This document shows, piece by piece, positions 57,676-64,000 of a stretch of 64,000 nucleotides of DNA. Under the pieces are notes generated by a model. The model worked only from the letters and a program-made list of their open reading frames with translations, was not told the origin of the DNA and searched no databases. The stretch comes from Spirochaetia bacterium (GTDB lineage Bacteria > Spirochaetota > Spirochaetia > UBA9216), in NCBI GenBank assembly GCA_963677925.2, contig CAXXYH010000003.1:544001-608000 (forward strand), written 5' to 3'. The position numbers and the translations under genes were made by a program. Within the stretch, counting starts at the first letter, position 1; each line of letters opens with the position of its first letter.

Positions 57676-58956
57676 CTATTTTCCCGCCTTCAATGCCTGA
57701 TCGAGATCAGCAATTATATCATCCGGATGTTCAATTCCAATTGAGAGTCTGATCAGATCAACAGGGATACCTGCAAGCTTCTGGTCATCTTCTGAAAGCT
57801 GACCATGTGTTGTACTTGCGGGATGTATGGCAAGACTCTTGGCATCACCTACATTTGCAAGATGGGAGAATAGTTTCAGACTGTTGATGAACGAAGCCCC
57901 CGCTTTTAAGCCTCCCTTAACACCGAATACAACCATTCCGCCGAAACCGTGTTCAAACTGAGTCTTCGCATTCTCATGTGCGGGGTCACCGGGGAGTCCG
58001 GGATATCTGACCCAGTCAACCTGGGGATGATTTTTAAGAAATTCTGCAACCTTCAAAGCATTGCTGCAGTGCCTGTCCATTCTGAGAGGAAGAGTCTCCA
58101 ATCCCTGAAGAAAGAGCCAGGCATTATCAGGGCTGATACAGGCACCGAGATTTCTAAGCGGAATCAGTCTCATCCTAAGTATGAATGCAAGGAAATTACG
58201 CTCTCCCAAATCTGTGGCGAACTTGAGTCCATGATATCCGGGATCGGGCTCGTTATAAAGGCGGAACTTTTTATCGGCCCAGTCAAAACTGCCGGCATCT
58301 ACCACAATACCTCCGATTGCAGCACCGTGACCGCCGAGCCACTTTGTAAGCGAATGAATAACAATATCTGCACCGTGTTCAATAGGTCTGAAAACATAGG
58401 GAGTAGTAAATGTTGCATCAACAACCAGGGGAAGGTTATGTTTTTTAGCTACCTCTGATACTGCTTTCAGGTTTACAACATCGAGAGAGGGGTTTCCAAT
58501 CGCCTCTACATATATCATCCTGGTTGCCGGGGTAATTGCCTTCTCAAAATCAGCAGCTTCCTGCCCTTCCGTAAAGTTCACTTTAATCCCGAGTTCAGGC
58601 AGAATACTGCTGAACATTGTAAAAGTGCCTCCGTAAAGATTGCCGGAGCTTACAATTTCATCTCCGTTTCCGCAGATATTAATTGCTGTATAAAAGATTG
58701 CAGATGTACCGGATGAGAGTGCCAGTGCAGCAGCGCCACCTTCAAGAGCTGCAACCCGCTGTTCAAGTACGTCCTGAGTGGGATTTCCAAGTCTCGTATA
58801 GATATTACCGTCTTCCTGCAGACCGAAAAGATTAGCTGCATGCTCTGTGTTCCTGAATAAATAGGCAGCAGTACGATGCAGAGGAACTGCCCTTGCACCT
58901 GTTTCATCTACTTTCTGTCCGCCGTGTATGCTTATTGTTTCAAATTTGTAACTCAT
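57676..58956 (-). CDS. metY: O-acetylhomoserine sulfhydrylase
   Basis: NIYTRLGNPT, ALEGG, PLP lysine HSLTKWLGGHG and ANVGDAKSLAIHPASTTH motifs. Confidence 0.95.
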   Translation of the reverse strand: MSYKFETISIHGGQKVDETGARAVPLHRTAAYLFRNTEHAANLFGLQEDGNIYTRLGNPTQDVLEQRVAALEGGAAALALSSGTSAIFYTAINICGNGDEIVSSGNLYGGTFTMFSSILPELGIKVNFTEGQEAADFEKAITPATRMIYVEAIGNPSLDVVNLKAVSEVAKKHNLPLVVDATFTTPYVFRPIEHGADIVIHSLTKWLGGHGAAIGGIVVDAGSFDWADKKFRLYNEPDPGYHGLKFATDLGERNFLAFILRMRLIPLRNLGACISPDNAWLFLQGLETLPLRMDRHCSNALKVAEFLKNHPQVDWVRYPGLPGDPAHENAKTQFEHGFGGMVVFGVKGGLKAGASFINSLKLFSHLANVGDAKSLAIHPASTTHGQLSEDDQKLAGIPVDLIRLSIGIEHPDDIIADLDQALKAGK

Positions 58957-59095
58957 ATATATCTCCTGTTTTCCAGTGTAATAATCATACTTTTATTATT
59001 CGTTATTCAAACAGAAAGTCAAGTCTACTAATATGAGTAATTTGGTAATATTTAAGAAAAAATTAAAACAAAAGGCAAATTAACTAAAAAAATGA

Positions 59096-59230
59096 TTATC
59101 GGGCCAGGTGAACAGTGGTAGGAGTATCGTTTGAACGATCTGCAATTTCAGGAAGTTTTTCGGCAGAAAAAGTAACTATAAAGCCGGCAGCAAGTACAAT
59201 CAGTGCGGCAGTAATAACTCTTTTAAACAT
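59096..59230 (-). CDS. Unannotated 44-aa secreted peptide precursor
   Basis: MFKRVITAALIVLAAGFIVTFSA-EKLPEIADRSNDTPTTVHLAR; SD GAGGA and its own promoter. Below the ORF-track length cutoff. Confidence 0.7.
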   Translation of the reverse strand: MFKRVITAALIVLAAGFIVTFSAEKLPEIADRSNDTPTTVHLAR

Positions 59231-59250
59231 TCGTTTCCTCATTTGTATAG

Positions 59251-59279
59251 ATCTTACCTCAAAGTGAACAATATTTCAA
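59251..59279 (-). promoter_or_regulatory. Sigma70-type promoter of the 44-aa peptide gene
   Basis: TTGAAA, 17 nt, TAAGAT. Confidence 0.7.
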
Positions 59280-59298
59280 GTCTGAAAAGAAAACTTTG

Positions 59299-59853
59299 CT
59301 ATTTTTGAATAGTACCGTTATGAATTTTTTCAGCAGTTTCCCTGTCTACAAGAACACTGATGATTTCAAAAGCAAACTCGGCTGCGGTACCGGCACCTCT
59401 TGCTGTGATAAGATTACCGTCAGCAACAACACGGCTGTCACTGAATTTAACATCAGAAGCAAATTTCTGTTCAAAACCGGGATAGCATGTTGCAGTCTTG
59501 CCGGAAAGGACTCCGGCAGAGTTAAGAACCACAGCTGGAGCAGCACAGATTGCCGCTACCAGCTTTTTGGCCTTCGCCATTTCAGAGATAATTCTGTTCG
59601 CATCGGCATCTGCTGCTATATTTGAGGCTCCGGGCATTCCGCCTGGAACCACTACTCCATCAAAATCTTCAGAGGATAGTGAAGCATCAAGTACAGTATC
59701 TGCAGAAATTTTTATATTATGAGCCCCGGTTATTACATTACCGCCAATACCGGCAGTAATAACCTCGATATCGGCTCTCCGCAGAAAATCAATGGGTGTA
59801 ACAGCCTCAACCTCTTCAAAGCCTTCAGCCAGAAACAGAATTACCCTCTTCAT
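59299..59853 (-). CDS. DJ-1/YajL/ThiJ family protein
   Basis: AEGFEEVE, VPGGMPGA, AAICAAP, ATCYP and ITARGAG motifs. Confidence 0.94.
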   Translation of the reverse strand: MKRVILFLAEGFEEVEAVTPIDFLRRADIEVITAGIGGNVITGAHNIKISADTVLDASLSSEDFDGVVVPGGMPGASNIAADADANRIISEMAKAKKLVAAICAAPAVVLNSAGVLSGKTATCYPGFEQKFASDVKFSDSRVVADGNLITARGAGTAAEFAFEIISVLVDRETAEKIHNGTIQK

Positions 59854-60914
59854 ACAGAAACTCCTTCCATTATTTTACCGACCTGTGCATATGCATATTC
59901 CATCATTTCTTCAGTTGTTTCCCAGCTGACGCATTCATCAGTTATTGAAACACCGTATGCAAGTTTGCTTTTATCCTCGGGAATCTTCTGACAGCCTTCA
60001 TAAAGGTTGCTTTCTATCATGAAGCCCTTAATACCGGGATGTCTTGTCCGCTGTTCAAGCAGGGCCCTGAGAACTCGAAACTGCTTCTGGTGAGTCTTTC
60101 CGGAATTAGCATGACTGCAGTCGACAAGGATAGAAGGCTGCAGACCTGCATCAGCAAAAAGAGCCTCAGCATCTTCAACTGTTTCTTCGTAGTAATTCGG
60201 ACCAACCTTTCCTCCCCGGAGGATAAGATGAACCGAGTCGTTACCGGCGGTGCTCAGGATACAGGTTCTGCCCTCATCATCTATACCCAGAAAACTGTGC
60301 GGATGTCTTGAAGACTGGATAGCATTCATTGCAGTATCCAGACTGCCGTCAGTTCCATTCTTGAATCCGACAGGCATTGAAAGCCCGCTGACCATGTTTC
60401 GGTGTGTCTGACTCTCGGTAGTTCTTGCACCCACGGCTGCCCAGCTGAGCAGTTCAGACATATACTGCGGAATAATAGGATCGAGCATCTCGGTGGCAGT
60501 CGGCATTCCCATATCTGTGAGTTTAAGCAGTATTTTTCTAGCCCGGCGTATTCCCTGATTTATGTTGTATGATCCGTCAAGATCAGGGTCGATAATAAGC
60601 CCGCGCCATCCGATTGTAGTACGGGGCTTTTCAAAATAAACCCTCATTGCAATATATAATCTGTCCTGATATTTAATTCTCAGTTTATTGAGCTTCTCGG
60701 CATATTCATAAGCTGCTGCTTCATCATGTATTGAGCATGGACCTGCAATTGCAAGCATTCTCTGATCGTTTCCGTGCAGTATATCATTGATAATGTTGCG
60801 GCTTTCAAAAACGGTTTCTGTACATTTATCTGTTACAGGGAATTCATTTTTAAGTTCATTTGGTGTAATGGCTGTTTCTTCACTGATGATTCTCAGGTTA
60901 TTTGTTTGTCTCAT
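59850..60914 (-). CDS. 3-deoxy-7-phosphoheptulonate (DAHP) synthase, class I-alpha
   Basis: GPCSIHD, RVYFEKPRT, GARTTESQTHR, GFKNGT, DCSHANS and YGVSITDEC motifs. Confidence 0.95.
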   Translation of the reverse strand: MRQTNNLRIISEETAITPNELKNEFPVTDKCTETVFESRNIINDILHGNDQRMLAIAGPCSIHDEAAAYEYAEKLNKLRIKYQDRLYIAMRVYFEKPRTTIGWRGLIIDPDLDGSYNINQGIRRARKILLKLTDMGMPTATEMLDPIIPQYMSELLSWAAVGARTTESQTHRNMVSGLSMPVGFKNGTDGSLDTAMNAIQSSRHPHSFLGIDDEGRTCILSTAGNDSVHLILRGGKVGPNYYEETVEDAEALFADAGLQPSILVDCSHANSGKTHQKQFRVLRALLEQRTRHPGIKGFMIESNLYEGCQKIPEDKSKLAYGVSITDECVSWETTEEMMEYAYAQVGKIMEGVSV

Positions 60915-60980
60915 AATGAGTTCAGGTTACCTTAAAATCAGTTTTGAAACAAGGAATATGAAGTTTATAATCTGGTTATA

Positions 60981-61757
60981 CTATAGCGCCCGCTGTATCT
61001 CGCCTTTCCTGCATATAACCCATTGTCCTGACCAGTTCAGACCTGCAGCGATATCCTTTGCAAGAATATCAGGATGGTTGTTGGTCGATGAAAGATGGCA
61101 GAAATAGACTTCTTTCAGCCTTGATTCGGGATTCTTTTCGATACTGTTGAGAAAATTCAGAGCATCCTCATTTGAAAGGTGTCCAAGTTCAGACAATATA
61201 CGCTGCTTCAGGGCGTGATGGTAGGGTCCGTCTATAAGCATCTGCTCGTTATAGTTCGCTTCAAGAAAGAGAACATCCGAGACACATGCGTAATCAAACA
61301 TCTCACGGCTGAAGGCACCGGTATCGGTAATAATAGTAAATACCGCAGGACCGAGCCGGAAATGATAGCTTACTGAGTGCTCCGCGTCATGAGAGGTCCT
61401 GAATGCACGATAGGTAAAGTCTCCCTCGGTATATTCATTGCCCGGTTCGATATCAACCCGTTTATACAGATGGGTTTTAACCTTACGCCTCAGATCAAGC
61501 TCCTTATGCACGACAACAGGTGCTCTCAGTTTTCTGGAGAGGATTTCTATTCCCCTGAAATGATCGCCATGATCATGGGTCAGAAAGATATATTTTACCT
61601 TTGAAGTGTCAAAGCCGAGTGCCGCAGCTCTTTCCATAGCCTGTTTGCAGGAAAATCCATTATCAATAATGAATGCAAAATCATTAAATTCAAAAATATA
61701 GGAATTAGCCGAAGAGCCGCTTCCGAGTACTGCGTATTTTAGTCCGTCATGCTGCAT
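60981..61757 (-). CDS. Metallo-beta-lactamase-fold hydrolase (YycJ/WalJ-like)
   Basis: LGSGSSAN, THDHGDH, SHDA, TDTG, EANY, GHLSN and HLS motifs; ATG 61757 overlaps the arcA stop (TAATG). Confidence 0.9.
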   Translation of the reverse strand: MQHDGLKYAVLGSGSSANSYIFEFNDFAFIIDNGFSCKQAMERAAALGFDTSKVKYIFLTHDHGDHFRGIEILSRKLRAPVVVHKELDLRRKVKTHLYKRVDIEPGNEYTEGDFTYRAFRTSHDAEHSVSYHFRLGPAVFTIITDTGAFSREMFDYACVSDVLFLEANYNEQMLIDGPYHHALKQRILSELGHLSNEDALNFLNSIEKNPESRLKEVYFCHLSSTNNHPDILAKDIAAGLNWSGQWVICRKGEIQRAL

Positions 61758-63028
61758 TAAATTAAGTCTCTTTCCACCGGCATTGTCATACATCGGGCCC
61801 CTCCGCCTCCGCGGGCAAGCTCAACGCCGGTAATGCCTATTACAAGTTTATTATCAGGGTTTAAAAAACCGTTTATAGCATCAGAATTATTTTTCTGAAG
61901 GAAGTCTTCATCAGTAAGTATTTCATACCCGGCCGCATTCAGAGCATCCAGCGTATAATTATTGCAGGAGTAACCGATAATCTTGCCCGGGGCTGCTGCA
62001 AAAAAATTGTTACCGCTGAGCCACTGTTCACGCTGCTGCTGAACAGGATCCGCGTTGCCGCAGAAAACCGGTTTAAAGTCAAATCCCTCGGATTTCAGAG
62101 CCTTCAGAAGATCTTCATTTTCTTCAATTACCGCGGATTTACCAGGTTCAACCTTTATCTTCACTGATCGAAGACGACGGCTTCCGCATATATAAGGTTC
62201 ATAAACCATTACCTGGTCATGATCCAGCTGAGTAAATATCATATCAAGATGAATAGTTGCCCGTTCCAGGGGCAGCTGCACAGCAAAAACAGTCAGCGGC
62301 CGTTCTGCTGAGATACGCTGTATAATTTCATCAGCTGCTTCAGAACTCGTGCGCTCGGATATGCCTATCATTATGCAGTTTTCTGATAAAACTAGAAAAT
62401 CACCGCCTTCTATTGTTTTACCTGAAGTTTTCTCCGCATGCCCCTTGTAAAGAAATCCATTATTCTGCAGTTCGGGATGAGCTGAAAAAAATGTGTAGGC
62501 AGCAAGAGATTCCGGTTCACGTACCGTATTTGCCATTGCACCGGTTATGACTCTGTCATTAAAGACCATTGCAGAATCACGTGTAAAATAAAGATTAGGA
62601 AGCGGATTTATATCATATACTTTATTATCAAAAAACTTGCTTATAGTATCCTTTTTCTGTTTAAGTCCTGTAACAGAAATCCTGACAAGCTCTTCGGCGC
62701 TCATATCAAGAAGTTCGCCGGACCTTCTTCCTGGCCCCCTTTCATTAAATCCGCAGCATGGCCCCATTGATTTTACATAATCATCTTTCACGTCAGGATT
62801 ACCAAGTGCGTCTTTCAGCAGATCAGTAAACTCATATACTATGCAGATTTTCTGCAGAACCTTTTTAAAACGGTTATGTTCTTCGCTTACGACTGAAAGC
62901 GGGATTATATCGTTATAAAGCAGCTTCTCGGCCATTTCAGGAGTCATATCCTGTATCTCGCGACCCGGCGAATGGATGATGACTTTCCTGAGTCTTCCAA
63001 TTTCAGATGAAACATTTATCATGCCCAT
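61757..63028 (-). CDS. arcA: Arginine deiminase
   Basis: SEIGRL, PLPNLYFTRD, IEGGD, HLD and GGGGARCMTMP motifs. Confidence 0.94.
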   Translation of the reverse strand: MGMINVSSEIGRLRKVIIHSPGREIQDMTPEMAEKLLYNDIIPLSVVSEEHNRFKKVLQKICIVYEFTDLLKDALGNPDVKDDYVKSMGPCCGFNERGPGRRSGELLDMSAEELVRISVTGLKQKKDTISKFFDNKVYDINPLPNLYFTRDSAMVFNDRVITGAMANTVREPESLAAYTFFSAHPELQNNGFLYKGHAEKTSGKTIEGGDFLVLSENCIMIGISERTSSEAADEIIQRISAERPLTVFAVQLPLERATIHLDMIFTQLDHDQVMVYEPYICGSRRLRSVKIKVEPGKSAVIEENEDLLKALKSEGFDFKPVFCGNADPVQQQREQWLSGNNFFAAAPGKIIGYSCNNYTLDALNAAGYEILTDEDFLQKNNSDAINGFLNPDNKLVIGITGVELARGGGGARCMTMPVERDLI

Positions 63029-63031
63029 GCT

Positions 63032-63364
63032 CTAAATTATATCTTTCCAGGCTTCAGGATCAAAACCGACAACTGCTTTGCTTCCGTTTCTCACAACAGG
63101 GGTTTTCATAAGCTGGGGATTTTCCTCAATCTCTTCAAGAATATCAAAATCCATATGGGCCATCCCCTTTTTCCTGTACAATTGTGACTCAGTGTCAATC
63201 AAAGCATCTTTTCCGCAGGCTCTTGCAACACTTTGAAGTTCTCCGCTGCTTAATGCCCGCTGGTTCAGATCTACAAAATGATATGCTATGTTGCGTTCCT
63301 TAAAGTACCTCTCGGTCTTCTGTGTTTCCCTGCATTTCTTAGTTCCGATTATCTGAACTGCCAT
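63032..63364 (-). CDS. ArsC/Spx-family protein
   Basis: IIGTKKCRETQK...RYFKER and PQLMKTPVVRNG..AVVG motifs. Confidence 0.88.
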   Translation of the reverse strand: MAVQIIGTKKCRETQKTERYFKERNIAYHFVDLNQRALSSGELQSVARACGKDALIDTESQLYRKKGMAHMDFDILEEIEENPQLMKTPVVRNGSKAVVGFDPEAWKDII

Positions 63365-63450
63365 TATTTATATTCCTTATCTGATATGACTTACAAATCA
63401 GTTTGACTTGGAAGCACAACTATGTTAATTCTAATAGAGAGGAGTATAGC

Positions 63451-64000
63451 ATGAGACCATCAATAAAAGAAATACTTCAGATGGAGCCCGGCGGAGATCT
63501 TACCAGTGTTTCCGGATGGGTAAGAACCAGACGGGATTCCAAGAACGTATGCTTTCTTGAATTATCCGACGGTTCCTGCCTGAAAAATCTTCAGGTGATA
63601 ATTGATTTTGAAAAATACAATCCGAAGGACATTCTTTCACACATGACTACAGGCGCAGGCGTTGAAGTGCATGGCGAACTTGCTCAGTCGCCGGGACAAA
63701 ATCAAAGCGTGGAGTTTCAGGCTTCTGAGATTATCCTTCTAGGGGATGCTCCGGCCGACACTTATCCGCTGCAGAAAAAGCGCCACAGTTTTGAGTTTCT
63801 ACGTGAAATTGCCCATCTCAGACCCAGAACGAACACAATCGGGGCAGTAACCAGAGTGAGAAGTGCAGCAAGTTTTGCTGTTCACAGATTCTTTCAGGAA
63901 CGCGGATTCTTTTATATACACACCCCGATTATTTCTGCAAGCGATGCAGAGGGTGCAGGAGAGATGTTTCAGGTGACAACCATGGACCTTGAGAACATTC
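63451..64000 (+). CDS. asnS: Asparagine--tRNA ligase, N-terminal part (runs off the window edge)
   Basis: Not in the ORF track. ATG 63451 after GAGGAG; [44 protein letters not shown] and DAEGAGEMF motifs. Confidence 0.96.
   Translation, partial: MRPSIKEILQMEPGGDLTSVSGWVRTRRDSKNVCFLELSDGSCLKNLQVIIDFEKYNPKDILSHMTTGAGVEVHGELAQSPGQNQSVEFQASEIILLGDAPADTYPLQKKRHSFEFLREIAHLRPRTNTIGAVTRVRSAASFAVHRFFQERGFFYIHTPIISASDAEGAGEMFQVTTMDLENI

Noticed and set aside
130-61604. Numerous 60-180 aa ORFs overlapping the called genes
   Set aside because: Antisense or alternate-frame shadows without RBS or family motifs.

Overview
A 64-kb stretch of core chromosome, most likely from an anaerobic free-living spirochete (Spirochaetia). 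The basis for that inference is the prfB-ftsY-lolCDE and rnf-GH57-rluA gene neighbourhoods, a type-2 IleRS, a long-tailed AckA and a tandem-cNMP/TPR protein. It holds mcsA-mcsB-clpC without ctsR, a long operon (solo cas2-like gene, prfB with its programmed +1 frameshift, CheY-like receiver, PEGA protein, ftsY, YD-repeat protein, lolC-lolD-lolE), and rnfCDGEAB flanked by two extra genes. It also has five aminoacyl-tRNA synthetases (hisS, ileS, valS, cysS, partial asnS), pcnB, hisHF, a K+ channel/cNMP/GGDEF triad, MoxR-DUF58-DUF4129, an ECF sigma/anti-sigma operon, murB, mgtE, two acetate kinases, metY-metA, DAHP synthase and arcA. I saw no rRNA, tRNA, CRISPR array or transposase. The best leads are: (1) a CRISPR-less Cas2/VapD-like gene heading the prfB operon from a consensus promoter; (2) an unannotated 44-aa secreted-peptide gene with its own promoter; (3) the K+ channel + stand-alone cNMP domain + diguanylate cyclase operon; (4) several intact enzyme homologues missing catalytic residues (McsB, GH57, DUF1570-like peptidase, PIMT, transglutaminase-like); (5) about eight apparently leaderless genes; (6) a frameshifted lolD with no canonical start codon. 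All calls come from motif recognition by eye; no database searches were run.
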